DNA of 32,000 nucleotides from Halogeometricum borinquense DSM 11551. Lineage in GTDB: Archaea > Halobacteriota > Halobacteria > Halobacteriales > Haloferacaceae. The DNA is taken from assembly GCF_000172995.2 (NCBI RefSeq), contig NC_014729.1, positions 1,950,001-1,982,000 on the forward strand, read 5' to 3'. The translations under genes and the position numbers were made by a program. How positions within the stretch are numbered: position 1 is the stretch's first letter; each line of letters opens with the position of its first letter. Positions 1 through 8,532 of the stretch are shown piece after piece. The notes under the pieces were generated by a model. The model was not told the DNA's origin. It did not search any database and saw only the letters and a list, made by a program, of their open reading frames with translations.

Positions 1-310
1 CCTGTTCCGTCCTGTTGGTGACTGACTCCGAACACGCGCTATTCTCGATCTATTGTCCTCGGATGGACCATCGTTTAGCCGACCATGCAGTCCGGCGTCC
101 AATCGACGGCCAAACTGCAAGCGAATCAGTTCGTCGCAGTGGCTCCGAGGGCCTGTACGGGGGCTATTCACTGAAAGGTTATCTTCGGTGATAATCACGG
201 GGGCAGGTTTATCAAGCACCCGCGGCTGGTTTGCACCAACGCACCCAGTCTCCGACAGAGGGAGATAGCCGTACGGCGTCGTCGTGCCGTCGTGCGAGCG
301 AGGTGAGGCC

Positions 311-1327
311 ATGAAGATAGACCCCGACAACTACGACCTACGCGAACTCCGGCGCATCGCCGACGAACGACGCACCGACCGAGGCGGAAGCGACGACACA
401 GAGCGTCGCCGCGACTACGATGACGGTCACCGCGGTCATGACGACGGTCACCGCGGTCATGACGACGGTCACCGTGGCCATGACGACGGTCACCGAGAGT
501 ACGATGATGGACACCGTAGTCACGACGACGACCACCGCGGACGCGATGGTGGACACCGTAGTCACGACGACGGACGCCGTGGGCGCGACGATGGCCGGCG
601 CTCCCGAGATGGATCTGACCGCGGTGACAGAAACGGCCGTGACAACCGCGGCGAGCGCCGCGGACGCTCCCGGCGGGAAGATAATCTCCGTCGCCCCCGC
701 GAGGGCTACAGCGATCATGCGGAGGCTCACGACGAAGTCGTCCGTGCAGACCAAATCGCAAACCGATTCGGCCTGGGTGGAAACGGAACGGGCGGCAGCG
801 ACGGGCGTGGGCGGGGCTACGACGAACTCGGCTACGAGCGCTCCCGCGAGGACCGGTCGTACGACGGGTACGACTTCGAGGAGGTTGGCGAATTCCGGTT
901 CGATAACCCGGTCCACGACCGTCCGCGCGGCCGTGCGGGCGAGGCACTTCGGAACAACCAACTCGAGCAGTTGCTCATCCACGAGACGGCGGCCGCGGGC
1001 GGGTCGTTGGAGAAGCCGTACCTCTCTAGCGTCCCGAAAGAATACGCCGCAGAACGTGTCGTCTTCGACTGGCTGGAATTTCTGGTCCTGAAAGGCGGAT
1101 TCAAGCGAACGATGGACGCGCTTCGGTACTACCACTCCGTCGATTGGATCACCGAGGATGTCGAGACCGAACTGCACGACTATCTCATCGGCTTCTCGGG
1201 CAACGTCTCGGACACGACGGAGTTCGACGTTGACGACCATCACCTCAGTCTCCTGTACGTCGCACAACTTGCTTCGATGGCCGACGGCGTCGAGACGAAA
1301 GCGCGTAGTCCGTCTGCGCTCCGTTAA
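311..1327 (+). CDS. FlaD/E (ArlD/E)-domain protein with a His/Asp/Arg-rich heptad-repeat linker
   Basis: ORF 284..1327. The ATG at 311 follows a GGTGAGG Shine-Dalgarno-like motif; 284 is an alternative start. The C-terminal block LEKPYLSSVP..FDWLEFLVLKGGFKRTMDALRYYHSVDWITEDVETELHDYLIGF matches the archaeal flagella accessory FlaD/E domain pattern as I remember it. The N-terminus is MKIDPDNYDLRELRRIA. Confidence 0.7.
   Translation: MKIDPDNYDLRELRRIADERRTDRGGSDDTERRRDYDDGHRGHDDGHRGHDDGHRGHDDGHREYDDGHRSHDDDHRGRDGGHRSHDDGRRGRDDGRRSRDGSDRGDRNGRDNRGERRGRSRREDNLRRPREGYSDHAEAHDEVVRADQIANRFGLGGNGTGGSDGRGRGYDELGYERSREDRSYDGYDFEEVGEFRFDNPVHDRPRGRAGEALRNNQLEQLLIHETAAAGGSLEKPYLSSVPKEYAAERVVFDWLEFLVLKGGFKRTMDALRYYHSVDWITEDVETELHDYLIGFSGNVSDTTEFDVDDHHLSLLYVAQLASMADGVETKARSPSALR
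419..628 (+). repeat. In-frame 21-bp tandem repeat, about 10 units, encoding DDGHRGH-type heptads
   Basis: The units are gac gac ggt cac cgc ggt cat. The first three (419-481) are near identical. Later units degenerate (DDGHREY, DDGHRSH, DDDHRGR, DGGHRSH, DDGRRGR, DDGRRSR, DGSDRGD). Confidence 0.85.
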
Positions 1328-1388
1328 GCGCGCGACACTGACTGTTTTACGGACAAGACTTTTCACCTCGTTACGCTACGGTGGTCGT

Positions 1389-2459
1389 ATGGCGGAGGAT
1401 GGAACAGACGAAGATGCCTCGTTCGACGACGAAACTGCAAAGGGACCAACCCCGGTGGGGGTAAAGCTGGGAAGTACGCGAACGATACTCCAGTTTTACG
1501 ACGGTGACGGCGATCTGGAGACCGTTCGGACACTCACCTGTCTGGCAACGTACGAAGACGCGCTCACGGGTGACGAACGCGTCCTCTACGGGGAACAGGC
1601 CGCACAAGAATACCCAGACAGCGTCGAGTACATGCTCCGTTCGGGGCTGCCGGAGAACGACGACGGAGCCGAACTCGCAAAGAAGTTCTTTAGCGAACTG
1701 GTGAATGCGAACGGTCTGGACGGCGACAGCGCGGTCGTCTATGCGATTCCCACGATAGACAACGAACCCGGCCTGCGGAACCTCAACCGTGTCATCGAGG
1801 AAAGCCCGGTCGGTGACGCCCTCGTCCGGAGTTTCCCCGAATCGCTCTGCGGTGCGATTCCGGCGTTCGGAGACGAGTTAGAGGCAATCGACAGCGTGTT
1901 CGCCGCGATCAACATGGGTTCGACCAACCTCGAAGCCTCGGCGTACCGGCACGGTGAACAACTCTCGCCGTTCGTCTCGGGTGCCGTTACCGGCAACGAG
2001 GTAGACCGCCGCATCGCAAACGCCGTCGAAGAGGAGACGCAGGGACGGGTCAATATCGACCTGACGACGGCCCGCGAGTACAAAGAAGAACACGCCGACT
2101 TCGACGACTTCGAGGCGTTCACCGACGTCATCCAGCAGCCCGGCGGTGGCTCTCACGAGTTCACCATCGAACGCTCCGTGATGGAACCGCTGGACGACTA
2201 CCTCGATGACGCCGTCGATGAGGTGGCTAACAACTTCCTCGCGCAGTTAGCGAACGACCACATGAAGCCCTACCAGTTGGCTCTCTCGAAGCCCATCGTC
2301 CTCACGGGCGGGATGGCCTGCATCCCCGGCATCGTCGAGGAGTTCGAGACGCGCCTGTCCGAGGAACTTGACCGCGACGTGGAGTGTATCGCCGCGGACC
2401 GCCCGGACCTCGCACCTGCCGAAGGTGCCCGGCGCATCGCCGAGCGACTCGCAAAATAA
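1389..2459 (+). CDS. Actin/MreB/FtsA-like ASKHA-fold protein
   Basis: ATG at 1389 inside ORF 1158..2459; the part upstream of it is Ser/Thr/Arg-rich junk. Three ordered nucleotide-binding signatures are present: VGVKLGSTRT (phosphate 1), AINMGSTNLE (phosphate 2) and VLTGGMACIPGIVEEF (adenosine). The composition is acidic. The gene lies 61 nt downstream of the FlaD/E-domain gene on the same strand. Confidence 0.7.
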   Translation: MAEDGTDEDASFDDETAKGPTPVGVKLGSTRTILQFYDGDGDLETVRTLTCLATYEDALTGDERVLYGEQAAQEYPDSVEYMLRSGLPENDDGAELAKKFFSELVNANGLDGDSAVVYAIPTIDNEPGLRNLNRVIEESPVGDALVRSFPESLCGAIPAFGDELEAIDSVFAAINMGSTNLEASAYRHGEQLSPFVSGAVTGNEVDRRIANAVEEETQGRVNIDLTTAREYKEEHADFDDFEAFTDVIQQPGGGSHEFTIERSVMEPLDDYLDDAVDEVANNFLAQLANDHMKPYQLALSKPIVLTGGMACIPGIVEEFETRLSEELDRDVECIAADRPDLAPAEGARRIAERLAK

Positions 2460-2468
2460 TTCGGCTCG

Positions 2469-3449
2469 TTACGACTCTCTGAACTGTCGGACCGACTCAC
2501 GGTCCGGTAACGCCGTCATCGCACCCGTCGCGGTGGTCGTCACCGCGGCCACGGCGTTAGCAAACGATAGTGTCTCCGCCAGCGACTGCCCTTCGACGAG
2601 TGCTGCGACGACGCCCGCAGTGAACGCGTCGCCCGCGCCCGTCGTATCTACGGGTTCGACGTCGTATCCCTCGTGAGAGACGACCGTTTCCTCGGTGACC
2701 CATGGTGATTCTTCCGACGCCGACACCAGCGACCCTTTGCTCCCGAGTGTCAGGAAGACCGTGTGCGGGCCGTCCGAACGGATACGTCGAGCCATCGTCT
2801 CGGGGTCGCCCTCGTAGTCGAGCGCTTCGAGGTCTTCCGGCGTCGCTTTCACGACATCCGCGAGTTCGAACGCCTCTGCGACCGACGCCTCGAAGTCGAA
2901 CTCGTCCCAGAGTTCCGGACGGGCGTTCGGATCGAACGACACTGTCGCACCTGCGTCCTGTCCACGGCGCATCAGGTCGAACGTCGCCGTACGGGACGGT
3001 TCGTCGGCTAGCGTGACGCCACCGACGTGAACCCAGTCGGCCGACGCCAGCGTCGCGTCGGGGACGCTGCCGGGTTGCATCCGTGTGTCGGCAGTTCGGT
3101 CGCGGTAGAACGAGAATCCGCGGTCGGCTTCCTCACCGAGAGCGACGAATGCGAGCGAGGTTTTCGCCTCGGGGTCGCGTTCGACCAGTTCGGTATCGAG
3201 ACCCGCCTCCGAGAGCGTCTCGACCAGAAAGTCACCGAACGGGTCGTCGCCGACGCGCGTAGCGAACGCGGGCGTCTCGTCCAACTGCGAGAGGGCGACC
3301 GCGACGTTGGCGGGCGCGCCGCCGGGACGTTTGGTGAAGGACGCAACCGACTCTAAGGGTCCCTGTCGGTCAGGGAGGAAGTCGATGAGCATCTCACCCG
3401 CGACGACGACGCGTGGCGCGTCGCTATCGGTGGTGGCGTTTCGGGTCAT
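2469..3449 (-). CDS. PfkB-family sugar kinase (fructokinase / 2-keto-3-deoxygluconate kinase-like)
   Basis: 326-aa ORF. It has an N-terminal GGAPANVAVAL motif and a C-terminal TTGAGDAFTAG motif, the ribokinase/PfkB signatures. Confidence 0.85.
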   Translation of the reverse strand: MTRNATTDSDAPRVVVAGEMLIDFLPDRQGPLESVASFTKRPGGAPANVAVALSQLDETPAFATRVGDDPFGDFLVETLSEAGLDTELVERDPEAKTSLAFVALGEEADRGFSFYRDRTADTRMQPGSVPDATLASADWVHVGGVTLADEPSRTATFDLMRRGQDAGATVSFDPNARPELWDEFDFEASVAEAFELADVVKATPEDLEALDYEGDPETMARRIRSDGPHTVFLTLGSKGSLVSASEESPWVTEETVVSHEGYDVEPVDTTGAGDAFTAGVVAALVEGQSLAETLSFANAVAAVTTTATGAMTALPDRESVRQFRES

Positions 3450-3536
3450 GGCACCTCGTACGGAAAGGGGGTAGTTGAAACCACCTCACGCCGGTGAAAT
3501 CCGCGCGTGGAAGCCGGTGGAACGCTATCGGGGAGT

Positions 3537-4032
3537 ATGACAACTGACACCGACTCACGGCGACCGCTCGCCGCCTTCGACGGTGACGTGATCGCCCGGG
3601 TCGCCCGCGAGATGAGCATCGAGGAGGCGACACTCTGGGAGGCCATCGCCGAACACCAGCACGGCGTGCGGTCGCTTCCGGGCGTCGAGGACATCGTCTA
3701 CAGGCTGAGCAGGCCGAGTGCCTCGGGGTCTCGCAAATCGCTCTGCGATTTGCTGGATACAGGAAATCGAAGATTTCCCTTGACTTGACCCCGAGGCGGT
3801 TCACGAATGGCGCCGAACCCTGCCGCAAGACCCGCTCATAGCGCGTCGGACGGACGCGTACTTTCTCGTCGTCAACCCGGCCGTCTGGCAGGAGTTCATC
3901 GATGCGCTCGGTCTCTCTGAGAACGAAAGCGACGCACTCCGCACCGTTCACGACGTGCAACTGATCGAAAGCGTCGGTGAGGATGCCGTTCCAGCGGACG
4001 GCAGGGAAGCAATCGTGCTGACGCGCCCGTAA
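3537..4032 (+). pseudogene. Small acidic conserved hypothetical gene interrupted by a structured repeat of about 103-108 nt
   Basis: The 5' part (ATG 3537, MTTDTDSRRPLAAFDGDVIARVAREMSIEEATLWEAIAEHQHGVRSLPGVEDIVY) reads in the frame with codon starts at 3537+3n. The 3' part (EWRRTLPQDPLIARRTDAYFLVVNPAVWQEFIDALGLSENESDALRTVHDVQLIESVGEDAVPADGREAIVLTRP, stop 4030..4032) is in the +1 frame. Deleting 3702..3804 (103 nt) fuses them in frame. Confidence 0.5.
3697..3804 (+). mobile_element. MITE-like / structured RNA-like repeat, copy A (inside a CDS)
   Basis: It is near-identical to 25299..25408; the differences are 1 substitution and a 2-nt indel. Nested perfect stems are present: 3721-3730/3787-3796 (cctcggggtc/gaccccgagg), 3733-3741/3745-3753 (gcaaatcgc/gcgatttgc) and 3762-3768/3772-3778 (ggaaatc/gatttcc). 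Confidence 0.55.
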
Positions 4033-4083
4033 CTCGACCACAGGCGTTCGTCCCTTCGACTGATCCAGCGTTGGGACGCTGTC

Positions 4084-6414
4084 TCAGTCGTCCGCGCTCA
4101 CCGTCTCTTGTCTGTCTGGGTCCGTCTCCGTCTCCTCGTCGCTGTTGTCTTCGGCATCAGGGATGTGGGTGCTGTATACGTGCTGCTTGCGTTCGCGTTC
4201 GCTCTCGGAGCCACCATTGCCGTCCGGACTACGCTCGTCAGCTTCGTCGGTATCGCGTGTCTCGTCGGTTTCGTCGGTTCCGTGAGTCCTTTCGGATTCC
4301 GTTCCGATGGTGTCGGCTGTCGCGGCGGTCGTGTCGTCTTCGGCTGATTCGTCCTGTTCGTCTCTCTCAGGTGGCGACGCCGGCTGGAACCGCATCACGA
4401 CGGCAGTACCGCGGCCGCTTCGCTCTTCGAATTCGATGGTCGCGTGCGACCCGGCGAGAATCCACTTGACCAGCCAGAGTCCAAGGCCGCTCACATGCTG
4501 GAGTTGCGTTTCGGTGCCGGCTTCCAGTGCGGCGAGTTCCGAGGCTGGAATCCCCGGTCCGTTGTCCACGACGCGAATCTCGACTTCGTCCGTGTGGATC
4601 GACTTCGAGACGGAGATACCGACGCGCGGAATCGCTCGGTCGTTGTGTTCGAGCGCGTTATCGACAACGTTCGTAATCGCCGTCCCGACGTGGTTCGTCG
4701 CTAACACCCACTGTTCGTCGGGGAGGTGCGTGTTCACGACGAGCGAGGGGTTCGATTCCTGCATCGCTTCCAGTTTTTCGGCGATGACATCAGTAACTTC
4801 GACGGGGCGGCGCTCTCGGTCCTCGCCGTGGAGCGTACGATCAATTTCGCGGGCGCGTTCGCCCAGTGAGACAAGCGATTTTGCTTTCTGTTGTATCGTT
4901 TTGACGTGGGCCCGTCGCTTCGGGTCGTCCGTCATCTCGCCGAGCAGGTCGGCATGACCGAGGATGACGTTCATATCGTTTCGCAGGTCGTGTCTGAGAA
5001 TGCGGTTGAGGACGCGGAGTCGCTGCTCGTAGCGGTGGCGACTCGTCACGTCCCGCGCGTTGATAACGATGCCGCCGACGGCGGGGTCGTCAAGTAAGTT
5101 CACGGCTACGGCATCGAGTACGCGCCACGATCCGTCTGCGTGCTTGTGTCGGAACTCCGCTCGGATCGTGTCGCGCGATTCGACCGTGTCGAACTGCGAC
5201 CGGATATCTTCGCGGTCATCGGGATGAATCTGTTTGAACGAGTTACTGCCTTCAAGTTCCGACCGGGGAATGCCGAGAACGTGTTTGGAGGCGGGGCTGG
5301 CGTACGTGTGATTCCCGTCGGCGTCGAGGACGCTGATGAGGTCGCGGGAGTTCTCGATGAGAGTCCGGAACTTCGCCTCCGTTCGCCGACGCTCGGTCGT
5401 ATCTCGGAGGACGAGCGCCCACCCTCTGTCGTGTCCCTCTCCACTTCCGAGCGGTGTCGCCGTCGCCTCGTAGTACCGTTTCTCACCGTCGTCCTCGACT
5501 GTGATGTCGAGACGACTCCGGTCGGCATCCAAAAGTGCGTACATCCCGAGAGAGTTGTGACAGATATCAGCGATATGGGAGCCGATAATCTCCTCTTGCG
5601 GGACGGTAAACAGCGGGAGCGCGGCAGGATTCAATTCGACCACGCGCCCGCGGTCGTCGAGGACGACCATTCCGTCTCGCATCTCAGAGAAGACGTAGTC
5701 GCGTGCGACAGGAGTCACGTCGAACAAGTCGTCGCTCCGGAGTCCGAACAGCACCACGATAGACGACAAGCCGAGTGCGATTGGCGTCACGTCGAACCGC
5801 GGGAACGGGCCGAGCAGTTGCATTGCGAACGCAAACACCGGAATCGAAGCCGCCGAAAGGAGGACGACGGTCCCGCGACGGTAGTTTCCGTCGCCGCGGA
5901 CGAGCAATCGGCCCATGACGACGGATCCAACGAGTAACAACGCCGAGACGTAGAGCAGGTGAACGTTGTACAGCGGTCCATGCGTCATCGAGAGGAAGAC
6001 GCCGGAGGACGTCGAGATGCGTCCGAAGTCGCCGACAAACAGGTCGCTTATCCCGACGACGCCGACGAGGCCGAGAATGGCGACGACCGTCGGTTCGATA
6101 CACAGGGCGGCGACGCTCCGTCGGGAGAGGATGGTTTCGTCGCCCGCATACACGAGTGTGAACACGAACCAGAGCGTCGGCGTGAACGCTGCCGCCACCT
6201 GCCAGAGGCTGAACCAAAGCAGTTTCTCACCCAGCAACGGGACCATCAACTGAAACCCGTAGGCCGTCGCCCAGATGGCACACGCGAGATTCAGGACGGC
6301 AAAAGGGATGCGAACGCGTCGCGCGTAGAATCTGTACCGGAGGAGAACGATGATAGTCACCGACGCACAGAGTGCTCCCGCTACAAACGGGAAAACAGCA
6401 ATCATCTGCGTCAT
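4084..6414 (-). CDS. Sensor histidine kinase (N-terminal multi-TM domain, two PAS-like domains, HisKA/HATPase_c, acidic C-terminal tail)
   Basis: 776-aa ORF. About 7 hydrophobic helices lie at the N-terminus. Signatures present are the H-box LRHDLRNDMNVI, N-box VVDNALEHN, G1 VVDNGPGIP and G2 SGLGLWLV. The last ~100 aa form a D/E/T-rich tail. Confidence 0.85.
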   Translation of the reverse strand: MTQMIAVFPFVAGALCASVTIIVLLRYRFYARRVRIPFAVLNLACAIWATAYGFQLMVPLLGEKLLWFSLWQVAAAFTPTLWFVFTLVYAGDETILSRRSVAALCIEPTVVAILGLVGVVGISDLFVGDFGRISTSSGVFLSMTHGPLYNVHLLYVSALLLVGSVVMGRLLVRGDGNYRRGTVVLLSAASIPVFAFAMQLLGPFPRFDVTPIALGLSSIVVLFGLRSDDLFDVTPVARDYVFSEMRDGMVVLDDRGRVVELNPAALPLFTVPQEEIIGSHIADICHNSLGMYALLDADRSRLDITVEDDGEKRYYEATATPLGSGEGHDRGWALVLRDTTERRRTEAKFRTLIENSRDLISVLDADGNHTYASPASKHVLGIPRSELEGSNSFKQIHPDDREDIRSQFDTVESRDTIRAEFRHKHADGSWRVLDAVAVNLLDDPAVGGIVINARDVTSRHRYEQRLRVLNRILRHDLRNDMNVILGHADLLGEMTDDPKRRAHVKTIQQKAKSLVSLGERAREIDRTLHGEDRERRPVEVTDVIAEKLEAMQESNPSLVVNTHLPDEQWVLATNHVGTAITNVVDNALEHNDRAIPRVGISVSKSIHTDEVEIRVVDNGPGIPASELAALEAGTETQLQHVSGLGLWLVKWILAGSHATIEFEERSGRGTAVVMRFQPASPPERDEQDESAEDDTTAATADTIGTESERTHGTDETDETRDTDEADERSPDGNGGSESERERKQHVYSTHIPDAEDNSDEETETDPDRQETVSADD

Positions 6415-6762
6415 CGGTACAGTGACATTGGTTCCTGTCTCTCTCCAGTGGTCCCTCTCACCGCCGCGTTTCGATGACGGTGGTAGTTCTCAGAATCACC
6501 CACGAAAAACATGGACTTAAATCGTCGGTTCTTGATATCAACGGTGATAACACACGAAGGCCGCAGCTCCAGACGTTTGTCTGGTGGATTCATCGACAAC
6601 TGACGTGCGGAAACAGCGTGAGAATGTCGATACGCCAGACTTCCGGACTCGTCGGTGTAGTGCGATACGTGAGGGACGACCCGATCAGGAGGTGAAACGG
6701 TGCTGTCGGGTCCCGCTCTTCTGAGTGAGAATCGCGTTTAAAACTGTCTCCCCGCCGAGAGC

Positions 6763-7905
6763 CTACAGTCCGAGTTCCCGACCGATGACGAGGTGTTGAA
6801 TCTCGCTGGTTCCCTCTCCGATTTCCATCAGTTTGGCGTCGCGGTAGAACCGCTGGGGTGCGAAGTCCTCGGTGTATCCGTAGCCGCCGAGGACTTGGAC
6901 GGCGTCTTCTGCGACTTCGCGGGCCGCTTCCGATGCATCGAGTTTGGCTAACGCCGACTCACGACTCACCGACTCGCCCGCGTCGTACCGCGTTGCCGCC
7001 TTGTGCGTCAGCAGGCGGGCGCGTTCGGTCTTTCTGTGCATATCCACCAGTTTGTCGCGGATCGCGTCGAACTTCGAGATCGGCTTCCCGAACTGCTCGC
7101 GGTCGCCCGCATACGTTTTCGCCGCCTCGTATGCGCCCTGCGCGAGGCCCGTCGAGAGGGCGGCGATAGAGATCCGGCCGCCGTCGAGCGTCTTCATCGT
7201 CTGCTTCCAACCCGCTCCCTCCTCACCGAGCAAGCGGTCTTCGGGGATGCGAACCTCGTCGAATGCGAGTTCGCACGTGGGCGAACAGTTCAAACCCATC
7301 TTGTCCCACACTGTCGTCACCTCGAATCCGTCGTCCTCCTCTGGGTCTACGATGAACGTCGAGATACCGTCGTAGCCCTCGCCGGGGTCCGTGACAGCCT
7401 TCACGAGGACGGAACCCGCGACGTTCGCGTTCGTGATGAACTGCTTGGACCCGTCGATGACCCACTCGTCGCCGTCTTTCTCGGCGGTCGTATCCATGTC
7501 GCTGGCATCGGAGCCAGAACTGGGTTCCGTGAGTGCCCAGCCACCGAGGTACTCGCCCTCCGCAAGGGGACGAAGCCATCGTTCTTTCTGTTCTTCGGTG
7601 CCGAACAGTTCGATAGGTTTCGACGCGAGGCTGATGTGTGCGGCGTAGGAGAGACCGATCCCGCCGGAGACACGACCCAGTTCCTCGGTGACGAGAGCGT
7701 ACATCAGTTGGTCGCCGCCGAGTCCGCCGTACTCCTCGGAGATGGGAACGCCGAGCATGTCGAGGTCGGCAAGTTCCTCGAATATTTCCTCGGGGAAGCG
7801 GTGCTCGTCCTCTATCTCCTGTGCGATGGGGGAAATCTCCTCCTCGCAGAACTCCCGAACGGTGTCGCGGATCATCCGGTGTTCGGAGGGAAGCTCGAAG
7901 TCCAT
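6763..7905 (-). CDS. acd: Acyl-CoA dehydrogenase
   Basis: Start at MDFELPSEHRMIRDTVREF (cat at 7903..7905). Typical ACAD blocks are present: GGWALTEPSSGSDA, ITNA, GRISIAA and the C-terminal YRDAKLMEIGEGTSEIQ. The upstream extension of ORF 6763..8481 overlaps the usp gene on the other strand and is rejected. Confidence 0.9.
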   Translation of the reverse strand: MDFELPSEHRMIRDTVREFCEEEISPIAQEIEDEHRFPEEIFEELADLDMLGVPISEEYGGLGGDQLMYALVTEELGRVSGGIGLSYAAHISLASKPIELFGTEEQKERWLRPLAEGEYLGGWALTEPSSGSDASDMDTTAEKDGDEWVIDGSKQFITNANVAGSVLVKAVTDPGEGYDGISTFIVDPEEDDGFEVTTVWDKMGLNCSPTCELAFDEVRIPEDRLLGEEGAGWKQTMKTLDGGRISIAALSTGLAQGAYEAAKTYAGDREQFGKPISKFDAIRDKLVDMHRKTERARLLTHKAATRYDAGESVSRESALAKLDASEAAREVAEDAVQVLGGYGYTEDFAPQRFYRDAKLMEIGEGTSEIQHLVIGRELGL

Positions 7906-8016
7906 GCCTGTCCGTTCCGACGTTAGTGCAATAAACCAATCGAACGACCGTGAGGATTTTGCGATTCTCGTGGGCCGAGAACATTCGCCGCTACTATCAA
8001 ACGGACCTGCGAATTC

Positions 8017-8457
8017 GTGGACATGTACGACCGAATTCTCGTGCCGACCGACGGAAGTGACTGTGCGAACGCCGCAGTCGATCACGCCGCAGACCTCGCC
8101 TCGAAGTACGACGCCGAAGTTCACATCCTCTACGTCGTGGACGTACGCGTGAGCGGTCAGGGGCAGTGGGCACTGGACACCGAAGCAGTGTACGAAGCGG
8201 GACAAGAACACGGTCAAGCGGTCGTCGAACAGGTGGCCGAACAGCTCGAATCGAAAGCCGTGGCCGTGAAACCAGTCGTCAAGACGGGTGTTCCCGGCCG
8301 CGAAATCCGAGAGTACGTCGATGAGGGGGCGTGTGACCTCGTTGTGATGGGGACGCACGGCCGGACGGGACTCGACCGCTATCTCCTCGGTAGCGTCGCC
8401 GAGCGCATCGTTCGCACGTCTGACGTGCCGGTGCTGACCGTCCGCTCGGACGAGTAA
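8017..8457 (+). CDS. Universal stress protein (UspA family)
   Basis: 146 aa. MYDRILVPTDGSDCANAAVDHA...VVMGTHGRTGLDRYLLGSVAERIVRTSDVPVLTV is the classic USP motif. Confidence 0.9.
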   Translation: MDMYDRILVPTDGSDCANAAVDHAADLASKYDAEVHILYVVDVRVSGQGQWALDTEAVYEAGQEHGQAVVEQVAEQLESKAVAVKPVVKTGVPGREIREYVDEGACDLVVMGTHGRTGLDRYLLGSVAERIVRTSDVPVLTVRSDE

Positions 8458-8532
8458 CTCGTACCGAGCAAGCATTTTCACCGTCGTGAGACGACAAGAC
8501 AGTTATACCCACGGCGACCCTTACCCGGTGGT

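Noticed and set aside
1-283. Possible gene fragment at the left edge (open frame to about 188 on the plus strand; ORF 53..268)
   Set aside because: Third-position GC is low and the composition is non-acidic with no motifs. I treat it as the non-coding upstream region of the first gene.
284-310. Upstream ATG at 284 as the start of the FlaD/E-domain gene
   Set aside because: The ATG at 311 is directly preceded by GGTGAGG and gives the N-terminus MKIDPDNYDLRELRR. The extra 9 residues (MPSCERGEA) would cover that Shine-Dalgarno-like site. This start is not excluded, only less likely.
419-628. Possible CRISPR-like array because of regularly spaced 21-bp repeats
   Set aside because: The repeats are directly tandem with no spacers, are in frame, and encode a heptad peptide repeat inside a CDS.
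195-1366. Long minus-strand ORFs (195..947 and 338..1366) and a plus-strand alternative frame (420..1091) overlapping the FlaD/E-domain gene
   Set aside because: The products are Arg/Gly/Val/Thr-rich with a non-acidic composition unlike the real genes. They are the shadow frames expected in GC-rich, repeat-containing coding DNA.
6445-6462. ORB-like origin-recognition-box core (tctccagtggtccc). CCAGTGG heptamers recur in 18541-18551 and 18919-18929, and a 6-nt CAGTGG occurs at 18398-18403.
   Set aside because: Only 7-8 nt of the TCCAGTGGAAAC core match. There is no G-string and no inverted pair around an AT-rich unwinding element. No cdc6/orc gene is nearby. This is chance-level similarity.
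7906-8481. N-terminal 192-aa extension of the acyl-CoA dehydrogenase ORF (6763..8481)
   Set aside because: The extension is antisense to the well-supported usp gene (8017..8457) and is His/Arg/Val-rich. The ACAD homology begins exactly at MDFELPSEH (start 7905).
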